The notes under the pieces are model-generated. The model saw only the letters and a list, made by a program, of their open reading frames with translations. It did not search any database and was not told where the DNA came from. The translations under genes were made by a program, and so were the position numbers. From Candidatus Binatia bacterium (GTDB taxonomy: Bacteria > Desulfobacterota > Binatia > Bin18), in assembly GCA_963664395.2 (NCBI GenBank), contig OY761159.2, positions 3,936,001 to 4,000,000 of the forward strand: a DNA stretch of 64,000 nt, given 5' to 3'. Shown here piece by piece: positions 8,851 through 17,199 of the stretch. Every line of letters begins with the position of its first letter. Position 1 is the first letter of the stretch.

Positions 8851-9984
8851 ATGGAGAAACTGGTACCCGGACTTGAAGGGGTGCCCATTATGGAGTCGGA
8901 AATCGGCTTCATTAATGGTCTGGAGGGCGTCCTGGAATACCGCGGCATCTCAATCGAGGAGCTGGCCGAGAAGAGCACCTATGAAGAGGTGGCGTATCTG
9001 CTCCTGTTTGGGAAACTGCCCACTCATAACGAACTCAAGAAATTTGACCAAGATCTGCGCACCCACCGGCGGGTCAAGTATCGCATTCTCGACATGATGA
9101 AATGTATGCCGGAAAATGGTCACCCCATGGACATGCTTCAGGCCGCGGTGGCCGCCATGGGTATGTTTTATCCGGCCCGGGATATCCGAGATGAAGCGCA
9201 GCGCTATTGGTCAACCATCCGCTTAATTGCCAAAATGCCGACCATTGTGGCGGCATTTGAGCGTATGCGCTACGGTGACGAACCAGTTCGACCGCGAGAC
9301 GATCTGTCTCATGCGGCTAATTTTCTGTGGATGTTGAACGAGGAAGAGCCCGACCCGCTTGATGCGCGCATTATGGACGTGTGTCTGATTTTACACGCTG
9401 AGCACACGATGAATGCTTCGACGTTCAGTGGCTTGGTCGTCGGGTCCACCGAGGCTGATCCGTACACCATGGTATCGTCGGCTATTGGCGCTCTGACCGG
9501 CCCGCTCCACGGTGGAGCCAACGAGCAAGCCCTCAAGATGTTTCAAGAGATCGGGACGGTGGACAACGCCAAACCTTTTATCGAGTCGCGCCTGGCGGCC
9601 AAACAAAAAATCATGGGTATGGGCCACCGGGTATACAAGGTCAAAGACCCACGGGCGAACGCCCTGCAAGGTCTTGCCCTCAAGCTGTTTGAAGCCAAAG
9701 GCGAGCATCCGCTGTACAAGGTCGCCCAAGAGGTTGAGAAGGTGATTAGCGAGCGGGTCGGGGCAAAGGGGATTGCCTCGAACGTCGATTTTTACTCCGG
9801 CGTAGTCTATGACAAGCTGGGTATTCCCATTGACCAGTTCACCCCGATTTTTGCCATTGCCCGGGTTGCCGGCTGGTTGGCCCACTGGCACGAGCAGCTC
9901 AAGAACAATCGTATCTTTCGACCGACGCAAGTGTACACTGGAAGTCACGGATCTCCGTATGTCCCAGCAGAGCAGCGGTCGTAG
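8851..9984 (+). CDS. gltA: Citrate synthase
   Basis: GLEGV, LHAEH, GPLHGGAN, MGMGHRVYK, NVDFYSG and RIFRP motifs. ATG at 8851 preferred over 8815. Confidence 0.95.
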   Translation: MEKLVPGLEGVPIMESEIGFINGLEGVLEYRGISIEELAEKSTYEEVAYLLLFGKLPTHNELKKFDQDLRTHRRVKYRILDMMKCMPENGHPMDMLQAAVAAMGMFYPARDIRDEAQRYWSTIRLIAKMPTIVAAFERMRYGDEPVRPRDDLSHAANFLWMLNEEEPDPLDARIMDVCLILHAEHTMNASTFSGLVVGSTEADPYTMVSSAIGALTGPLHGGANEQALKMFQEIGTVDNAKPFIESRLAAKQKIMGMGHRVYKVKDPRANALQGLALKLFEAKGEHPLYKVAQEVEKVISERVGAKGIASNVDFYSGVVYDKLGIPIDQFTPIFAIARVAGWLAHWHEQLKNNRIFRPTQVYTGSHGSPYVPAEQRS

Positions 9985-10009
9985 GCCGATTATTCAGTGA
10001 CCTGATACG

Positions 10010-10041
10010 AGGCGGAGAGTATAAAACTCTTCGCCTTTTTT
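10010..10041 (+). terminator. Rho-independent terminator after gltA
   Basis: AGGCGGAGAGT-ATAAA-ACTCTTCGCCT followed by a T-run. Confidence 0.75.
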
Positions 10042-10080
10042 ATTTCCAGGCTCAGAAACGCGAAGCCTATGAAGCGACTT

Positions 10081-11046
10081 TTACCCCTGCGGCTTCACCT
10101 CTGCGTTCACGCAGTTCAGGGGCATGTCACCTCTGCGCAGCCGGTTCACATTCTCAGCCACGCGCTTGGCAATGCCTTGGAGGCTGACGTCGGTTGCGCC
10201 ACCAATGTGGGGGGTGGCCAGGACGTTGTGCTGGAAAATTTCGTCGTTCGGATCAAAGGGTTCGGACCAGAACACGTCAAGGCCGGCGCCCGCAATACGG
10301 CCTTCCCTCAGGGCGGTAAGAAGTGCAGCGTAATCTAACACCGGTCCACGGGCGACGTTGATCACAAAGGCTTCCGGCTTCATGCAGGCGAATTCAGCCT
10401 GGCCCATGAGGCCGCGCGTTTCGTCATTGAGGGGCGGGGCGGTAATCACAAAATCGGCCGCTCGCAGTACCGCGTGCAGCTCGTCTTGGGCAACATGGGT
10501 GATGAGCAGACCGTCGTCCGGCTTGTCTGGCGTCGGCCCTCGGCGGGAAACGGCGAGAATGTCCATTTCAAAGCCGGACAAGCGCCGGGCAAGCGCCCGC
10601 CCAATTCCACCATAGCCGATAATGGCTGCTGTTTTGCCCTTGAGCGCCTGTCCCATTGGCGAACCCAGGACTTTGTTTTGGATACTCGCTTGAGCCTGCC
10701 GATATTTTCTGGCTAAGCCGAGCATGAAAAGCAGGGCGAGTTCAGCAACGGATTCGGCATTGCCGGTTCCCGCCGCCGGCACATTGGCAACATAGATCCC
10801 TGCGGCAGTGGCGGCTGGAATATCTACCGAGTCCAAACCCGCGCCATACTGCTGGACGAGCTTCAACCGGGGCGAGCGCATCGCTTCTCTCCCGATTGGC
10901 GAGACCGTTGGGATCAATATATCCGCATGCTGTGCTACTTCCGGAACGGTATCGGGTGGACAATCACGAATTTCGTCCTCAGGAAGTTCCTGCTGAAGAA
11001 TCCGGCACACATAGGTCAAGCCCTCTCGGCAAAAGTAAATCCGCAT
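10081..11046 (-). CDS. D-isomer-specific 2-hydroxyacid dehydrogenase
   Basis: GYGGIG, INVARG, GAGLDV and TPHIGG motifs. Confidence 0.92.
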   Translation of the reverse strand: MRIYFCREGLTYVCRILQQELPEDEIRDCPPDTVPEVAQHADILIPTVSPIGREAMRSPRLKLVQQYGAGLDSVDIPAATAAGIYVANVPAAGTGNAESVAELALLFMLGLARKYRQAQASIQNKVLGSPMGQALKGKTAAIIGYGGIGRALARRLSGFEMDILAVSRRGPTPDKPDDGLLITHVAQDELHAVLRAADFVITAPPLNDETRGLMGQAEFACMKPEAFVINVARGPVLDYAALLTALREGRIAGAGLDVFWSEPFDPNDEIFQHNVLATPHIGGATDVSLQGIAKRVAENVNRLRRGDMPLNCVNAEVKPQG

Positions 11047-11148
11047 AACGCCTTCCCATACTCACTTGATCGTTTGTGCTGCCTGGCCGATAATAGGCCG
11101 CCCCGATGATAGGCTGCCTGGGCCAAGAAGAAAAGAAGGGAGATCCTA

Positions 11149-11937
11149 ATGGACTATAGCCGCTATGAATGTCTCAGCGCAGAGCGTGAAGGGAAGGTGC
11201 TGACTGTCTCATTCAATCGTCCGCAAGCACTGAATGCCATTAACGCTCAGTTGCATACCGAACTGTCTCGGATTTTCGCCGATATCGCCCAGGATACAGA
11301 GACGGAGGCTGTGGTGTTGACCGGCAAAGGCCGCGCGTTCTGCGCGGGTGGCGATATCAAGTGGTTTCAGGATATGACGTCCGCGCAGTTGGATGCGTTG
11401 TTCGCCGAGGCGCGCAAAATTATTATCGACATGCTGGAAGTGGAACAGCCGATTATCGCTGCGGTCAACGGTCCGGCGACCGGTTTGGGCGCGACCCTGG
11501 CGCTCTTCTCTGATGTCATTTATGCGGCGGATAACGCAAAAATTGGTGACCCGCATGTCCGCGTCGGTGTGGTCGCCGGAGACGGGGGAGCCATTATCTG
11601 GCCCTGGCTGATTGGGACGGCCAAAGCCAAAGAGTTTCTCATGACCGGCGACTTAGTGAAGGCAGAAGAGGCCGAGCGCATTGGTCTAGTCAACCATGTT
11701 GTTCCTGCGGATCAGTTAATGGAAGCAGCCATGGCCTTTGCTACCCGAATGGCCAATGGCCCGCGTATGGCGATTCGTGGGACCAAGGTCTCGGTGAATA
11801 AAATCCTCCGCGATACGGTAAACCTGGTGCTCGATACTTCGCTGTCGATAGAAAAACATTGCTTTCATACGCAAGACCATAAAGAAGCGATTCAGTCTTT
11901 TGTGGAGAAACGGGCGCCCCGATTTACAGGGAAATAA
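11149..11937 (+). CDS. Enoyl-CoA hydratase/isomerase (crotonase) family
   Basis: [14 protein letters not shown] and AERIGLVN motifs. Confidence 0.92.
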   Translation: MDYSRYECLSAEREGKVLTVSFNRPQALNAINAQLHTELSRIFADIAQDTETEAVVLTGKGRAFCAGGDIKWFQDMTSAQLDALFAEARKIIIDMLEVEQPIIAAVNGPATGLGATLALFSDVIYAADNAKIGDPHVRVGVVAGDGGAIIWPWLIGTAKAKEFLMTGDLVKAEEAERIGLVNHVVPADQLMEAAMAFATRMANGPRMAIRGTKVSVNKILRDTVNLVLDTSLSIEKHCFHTQDHKEAIQSFVEKRAPRFTGK

Positions 11938-11969
11938 ACACCGCCACCCCTTGGGACCCTTCGTGCTTC

Positions 11970-12407
11970 ATGGCCGCTGTCACGCAAACTCAGCCCCGCT
12001 ATCCGTCTCGCCCGACACGTCCGATTATGGTGACCGTTGCCGCGTGTCTGGTGGCTGCCTATGCGGCCGTGTTTATTGTCTGGGATATTATTGCTCCGTT
12101 TGAGCGGCCCTATGCTGAAGGCCCTGTCAGTGTCATTTTGGGCTTTCGCGTGTTCGGCCTGTCTGCCCAACTCATGCACGCCTTGCAACTCATGGTCGCG
12201 GGCAGCCTGGCGTATCGTCTCTGGAAGATGCAGCGCTTTGGTTGGCATTTGGTCGTGTTTAGTGTTGGTTATATGCTGGTCTCATACATGATATGGGCAC
12301 AGGTCTATAACGAGTCTGAGCACATCGTTGGCTTTGGTCTGTTCTATGCTGTGATACTCCTTATTCTGCTGGCTCTTACCTTTCCGCACCGAAGAAAGTT
12401 TATGTGA
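11970..12407 (+). CDS. Hypothetical 4-TM membrane protein
   Basis: Four hydrophobic segments; co-oriented between the crotonase and fabI. Confidence 0.7.
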   Translation: MAAVTQTQPRYPSRPTRPIMVTVAACLVAAYAAVFIVWDIIAPFERPYAEGPVSVILGFRVFGLSAQLMHALQLMVAGSLAYRLWKMQRFGWHLVVFSVGYMLVSYMIWAQVYNESEHIVGFGLFYAVILLILLALTFPHRRKFM

Positions 12408-12450
12408 CGTGTCCCAGGGCGTGAGGATCGCATGGGGTTAAACTGGAGGG

Positions 12451-13275
12451 ATGATGGCTGATCGTACTGAAAATGTGGGGAGCTTCCTTGATTTCTCCGG
12501 GAAAACCGCACTGGTGGCGGGTGTGCTGGACGAAAATTCCATAGGCTGGCCCATTGCGAAGATGCTTAACGACGGTGGCGCTCGGATTGCGCTCTCCATT
12601 CAGCGTAAGGCCGTCCGGCGTATGATGGGAGACATCCCGGACCAACTCAATAATCCCCTGATTACTGAGTGCGATGTGAGCAAGGACGAGCAGGTTGAAC
12701 GGCTTTTCTCACAGGTGGAGCAGGAGTTTGGGCACCTGGATTATCTTATTCACTCTATTGCGTATGCCCCGCCAACGTCTTTTGGGCAGCGTTTCATTAA
12801 CATCGCGCGCGCGGATTTCGCCCTGGCCATGGACGTCAGCGCGTATTCGCTTATCACGTTGGCCCATGGTGCTTTCCCGCTCATGAAGGACCGTGGCGGG
12901 TGCATTTTGGCCATGACCTATTACGCCGGCGAAAAGGTCATCCCTGGCTATCAGTTGATGAGTATTACCAAAGCGGCGCTCGACAATATCATCAGGAATC
13001 TTGCCTTTGACCTGGCTCCGCATCGCATCCGAGTGAATGGTCTTTCCCCTGGTCCGACTGCAACCAAGGCCGGAACCAGTATCCCTGGTTTCGAGCTCAT
13101 GCAGAATCATATGCGCGAATATGCGCCGTTGCGGGAGGAAATTCGGAACACCGACGCCGGCAAAGCCGCCCTTTTCTTATGCAGTCCAATGGCTGAAAAA
13201 ATTACCGGCGAGATCGTGCATATTGACGGTGGCTATAACATCATGGGGATGACGCTGAAGCCGCCTGAGGCATAG
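12451..13275 (+). CDS. fabI: Enoyl-ACP reductase (FabI family)
   Basis: SIGW, CDVS, HSIAYA, DVSAYS, Y-x6-K (YQLMSITK) and VHIDGG motifs. Confidence 0.88.
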   Translation: MMADRTENVGSFLDFSGKTALVAGVLDENSIGWPIAKMLNDGGARIALSIQRKAVRRMMGDIPDQLNNPLITECDVSKDEQVERLFSQVEQEFGHLDYLIHSIAYAPPTSFGQRFINIARADFALAMDVSAYSLITLAHGAFPLMKDRGGCILAMTYYAGEKVIPGYQLMSITKAALDNIIRNLAFDLAPHRIRVNGLSPGPTATKAGTSIPGFELMQNHMREYAPLREEIRNTDAGKAALFLCSPMAEKITGEIVHIDGGYNIMGMTLKPPEA

Positions 13276-13326
13276 CGGGGGCGTACCGGAAGTCCCCCTG
13301 TCACCCATTAAAACAGAAGATTGAGC

Positions 13327-14490
13327 ATGCAAACAGTTGAACCCCAAGCAGTTGGTATGGACCCGGCCCGTGTCGAGCGTTTCTTTTCAGTGGTGGAACG
13401 TAAAATCGAGGCAGGCTGGTTGTTTGGCGGCGCGTTTCTCCTAGCCCGGCGCGGAAAGATTGCTGCCGCGCGAGCGCTTGGCCACGCCCAACCGCGGGAG
13501 GGTCGGACGGCTAAAACAGATGACATCTTCTGCCTCTTTTCAACCACCAAGCCCATTACGGCTACGATGTTACTCATGAAGGTTGACCAGGGTGAGGTCC
13601 AACTGTTTGATAAGGTCGCGGATTATATCCCGGAGTTTGCTGCTGCCGGCAAGCGGAGTGTTACCGTCTCTCAAGTGATGACTCACACGGCCGGATTCCC
13701 AACAATGGCACTGGACTGGCCTATGTCAAAGTGGGGAGATTGGGAGGCGACGATCGCGCGCATCTGTGCGCAGCCACTGGAGTTTGAACCGGGAACAGCC
13801 GTCCACTACCACGCGCTTACGGGATCGTGGATTTTAGCTGAGATCGCCCGTCGGGTAGATGGCGGCAAGCGAAGCTTTGCCCAAATGTGTGAAGCAGACC
13901 TGTATGGCCCTTTAGGTATGAACGACTCCTACATGGGAGTCCGGCCCGACATGCAAGAACGCCGTGTTCCAGTCCAGGCGTTGGATGCGGGTGGTGTGCC
14001 GTTTCCCATGTCATTTCTGGAAGCGTTTAACGCTCCTGAAGTGCAGGCCGCTGCTATTCCAGGTGGTGGCTCGTATTCCACTATTCATGATCTGGCCCGC
14101 TTCTACCAAATGTGGCTCAACGGAGGCGAGCTTGACGGTGTCCGTTTACTCAGCCCAGCCCTGGTTGATGTGGCGACCACGATTCATACCGGCGCTATGG
14201 AAGACCGACTGCTCGAACCCATTCGGGTGGCAAAACAGTGGCCGTTTGCCCCGGCGAATCGAGGCCTGGGGTATTGGGTCCGCGGCAGCGGTATCTTCCC
14301 CACATATTTTGGCTCGCTCGCCTCGCCACGGACGTATGGACATGCCGGAGCAAGTAGCATCATGGCCTGGGCTGACCCGGTTCGGGCACTGACTTTCGTG
14401 GGTCTGACAAGCGGTCTTATTGAGGAGCCGCGGAGCATTGAGCGCTGGGCGTTGTTTTCCGATTTGGCTCAGGCGTGTGTTGTTGACTAA
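13327..14490 (+). CDS. Serine hydrolase, beta-lactamase fold (family VIII esterase / EstB-like)
   Basis: SxxK (STTK), MTHTAG, PGTAVHYH and YGHAG motifs; no signal peptide. Confidence 0.88.
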   Translation: MQTVEPQAVGMDPARVERFFSVVERKIEAGWLFGGAFLLARRGKIAAARALGHAQPREGRTAKTDDIFCLFSTTKPITATMLLMKVDQGEVQLFDKVADYIPEFAAAGKRSVTVSQVMTHTAGFPTMALDWPMSKWGDWEATIARICAQPLEFEPGTAVHYHALTGSWILAEIARRVDGGKRSFAQMCEADLYGPLGMNDSYMGVRPDMQERRVPVQALDAGGVPFPMSFLEAFNAPEVQAAAIPGGGSYSTIHDLARFYQMWLNGGELDGVRLLSPALVDVATTIHTGAMEDRLLEPIRVAKQWPFAPANRGLGYWVRGSGIFPTYFGSLASPRTYGHAGASSIMAWADPVRALTFVGLTSGLIEEPRSIERWALFSDLAQACVVD

Positions 14491-14523
14491 CTGGAGTATT
14501 GGCTTGCCGGAGTACGGAGCCCT

Positions 14524-15219
14524 ATGAAACCAAAGCTGACCTCAGCCGCTATTCTGACAATTATCCTGCTTATCGGTGTCCTAGCGGCTGGGAATTACGC
14601 CGTCTTGCACAACGGACCCCTTGGCCAAGTCATTGTGAGCTGGCTTAAGAGTATGGTTGGAGCAGGCTGCTCTGCTTCGCTGGTGTACTTTATTGGAGCG
14701 CCCGTCATTGTTGGACTGCTACTCCTGCTTATTGTTCCGCGCTGTGTGGCACTTGAAGAGGACGCGCAAGAGCCGGCTGAAGAGCGGCCGCTGGCACCAA
14801 AGCAGCCGTACAAACCACCCGTACCGACAAAGCCCTCTGCGGATGCCGCTGTCCAGCTTTTGGCGCTCCTGCAGCGCGAAGGGCGGCTGGTTGATTTCCT
14901 GCGTGAAGATATCGGGGCGTATGACGATACGCAGGTTGGCGCTGCAGTACGGACCATTCATGAGGCGTGTCGAAAAGTTTTGACTGAGCACCTCAACATT
15001 GAGCCGGTCTTAGACGGAAGCGAAGGGGATACGGTCACCGTTCCTGAAGACTTTGATCCCTCTGCTGTTCGCCTGACCGGACATGTCAGTAGCGAAGCAC
15101 CCTTTCGAGGGGAGCTGCGCCATGCCGGATGGAAGGCCACCTCTGTGACACTGCCCGAACAGCCAAAGGGCCAGGATCCCCAGGTCATTGTGCCAGCAGA
15201 AGTGGAAATCCCAGAGTAG
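14524..15219 (+). CDS. DUF2760 domain protein with N-terminal TM segments (GrpE-like)
   Basis: LLALLQREGRLVDFLREDI, FDP, LRHAGW and PAEVE motifs; upstream of an Hsp70 pair. Confidence 0.85.
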   Translation: MKPKLTSAAILTIILLIGVLAAGNYAVLHNGPLGQVIVSWLKSMVGAGCSASLVYFIGAPVIVGLLLLLIVPRCVALEEDAQEPAEERPLAPKQPYKPPVPTKPSADAAVQLLALLQREGRLVDFLREDIGAYDDTQVGAAVRTIHEACRKVLTEHLNIEPVLDGSEGDTVTVPEDFDPSAVRLTGHVSSEAPFRGELRHAGWKATSVTLPEQPKGQDPQVIVPAEVEIPE

Positions 15220-15265
15220 GCATTCAGCCTTTCGGGGTACTATCAGCAAGGTCGGAGAGCCAAAT

Positions 15266-15293
15266 GTCGGGGCGGTTCGCGAGCCGTCCTGAC
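15266..15293. repeat. Degenerate REP-like palindrome
   Basis: GTCGGGGCGGTTCGCGAGCCGTCCTGAC forms an imperfect hairpin in the intergenic space. Confidence 0.45.
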
Positions 15294-15325
15294 GAACAAT
15301 TGTGTCATTGTTATAGGCGAGTATT

Positions 15326-17140
15326 ATGACAACACCCTCACGTTACATCGTTGGTATTGACCTGGGTACGACAAATAGTGTGGTGGCCTATGTCGATACG
15401 CAGGACGAAGAACTACCCATACGGATTCTGCGCATTCCTCAGCTTACGACCCCCGGCAATGTTGAGGAACGGACGACGCTTCCCTCCTTTCTCTACATTC
15501 CGACGAAACAGGAATTCCCCGAGGGAAGCTTGGCTTTGCCGTGGACGGATGAGTTGAGCTTTGCTGTCGGGACGCTTGCTCGAACGCGTGGAGCTGAAGT
15601 CCCGGGACGCCTCATTTCGTCTGCCAAGTCGTGGCTGTGCCATACCGGCATGGATCGCACTACCCCCATCTTGCCCTGGGATGGCGGCGATGAAGTCCAA
15701 AAAATGTCGCCGCTCGAGGTTGCCGCCCAGTACCTTGCCCACATCCGCCAGGCATGGAATGCACAGATGGTACGCGCTGACTCGGAAAACAGTCTGGAAC
15801 AGCAGGATGTTTTCCTGACGGTCCCAGCCTCTTTTGATGCGGTTGCACGCGAGCTGACGGTTCAGGCTGCTGAGCACGCTGGCTTCGTGAATGTGACTTT
15901 ACTCGAAGAACCCCAAGCTGCCTGTTACTCCTGGATTGACCAATCCGGCGACGCCTGGAGAAGGCAGGTGCGCGTAGGCGACATCATACTGGCCTGCGAC
16001 ATTGGCGGGGGGACCACGGATTTCAGCCTTATTGCAGTAGCTGAACAGGACGGAGAGCTGGAACTCGAGCGTGTTGCTGTCGGAGATCATATTCTGCTGG
16101 GCGGCGATAACATGGACCTGGCCCTTGCGTATGCCGTCCAGCAACGCCTGGCGCAAAAAGGGACCAGACTTGATGCGTGGCAGCTGCGTGGGCTGTCGCA
16201 GAACTGTCGAGCGGCCAAAGAGAGTTTGCTCCAGCTCGATCACGAGCAGAACTATCCCCTGACGATTCTTGGACGAGGAAAAAGTGTGATTGGGGGGGCG
16301 CTACGGACCGAACTTTCGTACGACGAGGTTGAGAAGGTATTGGTCGATGGGTTCTTTCCTTACTGCACTGCGGACGAACGCCCCCAGACGAGCCGTCGCG
16401 TTGGATTTCAGGAAATAGGGCTCCCCTATGCGGCTGATGCTGGTGTGACGAGACATCTTGCGAAATTTCTGGCTCAGCACGTATCAATCGACGCGGAAAC
16501 GGGAACCTTTCTGCACCCTACGGCCTTGCTGCTTAACGGAGGGACGCTGAAAGCTGCATTGCTACAGGACCGCTTGGTGAGAGTGGTCAATACCTGGCTT
16601 GAAAAGGACGGTGGAGAACCGCTCCGGGTCCTTGAAGGGATTGACCTTGACCATGCCGTTGCACGTGGAGCGGCTGCGTATGGGCGCGCCCGACGTGGGC
16701 ACGGTGTGCGTATCCGCGGGGGAACCGCTCGTTCCTATTACATTGGTATCGAGAGTTCCATGCCGGCTGTTCCTGGCATGCCGGCTCCACTCAAAGCCTT
16801 GTGTACGGTCCCGTTTGGTATGGAGGAAGGAACTGAGTGTGATATCTCCGGCCAAGAGTTCGGGCTGATTGTCGGCGAGCCGGCCGAATTTCGATTTTTT
16901 GGCTCAACGACGCGACGAGAAGACCGCCTCGGTGACCTGATTGAAGCGCCGGATGAGGAGGTCGAAGCTCTTTCTCCTTTGGAAACGACACTGTCATGGG
17001 CGGGGCGAGAAGGGACCCTGGTCCCAGTTCGGTTGCGCGCACATGTAACCGCAGTTGGGACGATAGAGCTCTGGGCTGTAGCGACAGACGAAAATCAGCG
17101 TTGGAAGTTGGAGTTCAACGTACGAACAACGGAAGGGTAG
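15326..17140 (+). CDS. Hsp70/DnaK-related protein (non-canonical)
   Basis: GIDLGTTNS, TVPASFD, EEPQAA, DIGGGTTD and LLGGDNMD motifs. Confidence 0.92.
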   Translation: MTTPSRYIVGIDLGTTNSVVAYVDTQDEELPIRILRIPQLTTPGNVEERTTLPSFLYIPTKQEFPEGSLALPWTDELSFAVGTLARTRGAEVPGRLISSAKSWLCHTGMDRTTPILPWDGGDEVQKMSPLEVAAQYLAHIRQAWNAQMVRADSENSLEQQDVFLTVPASFDAVARELTVQAAEHAGFVNVTLLEEPQAACYSWIDQSGDAWRRQVRVGDIILACDIGGGTTDFSLIAVAEQDGELELERVAVGDHILLGGDNMDLALAYAVQQRLAQKGTRLDAWQLRGLSQNCRAAKESLLQLDHEQNYPLTILGRGKSVIGGALRTELSYDEVEKVLVDGFFPYCTADERPQTSRRVGFQEIGLPYAADAGVTRHLAKFLAQHVSIDAETGTFLHPTALLLNGGTLKAALLQDRLVRVVNTWLEKDGGEPLRVLEGIDLDHAVARGAAAYGRARRGHGVRIRGGTARSYYIGIESSMPAVPGMPAPLKALCTVPFGMEEGTECDISGQEFGLIVGEPAEFRFFGSTTRREDRLGDLIEAPDEEVEALSPLETTLSWAGREGTLVPVRLRAHVTAVGTIELWAVATDENQRWKLEFNVRTTEG

Positions 17141-17199
17141 CGGGCCGCCCGCCGGCTGGCCTGTGCCCTCAATTCTCTGTTTCACGAGATACTAGAATA

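Noticed and set aside
13327-14490. Beta-lactam resistance gene
   Set aside because: No signal peptide, and the motifs fit cytoplasmic family VIII esterases.
16996-17199. N-terminal extension of the second Hsp70 in the ORF track
   Set aside because: It overlaps the upstream Hsp70; homology with the paralog begins at ATG 17200.
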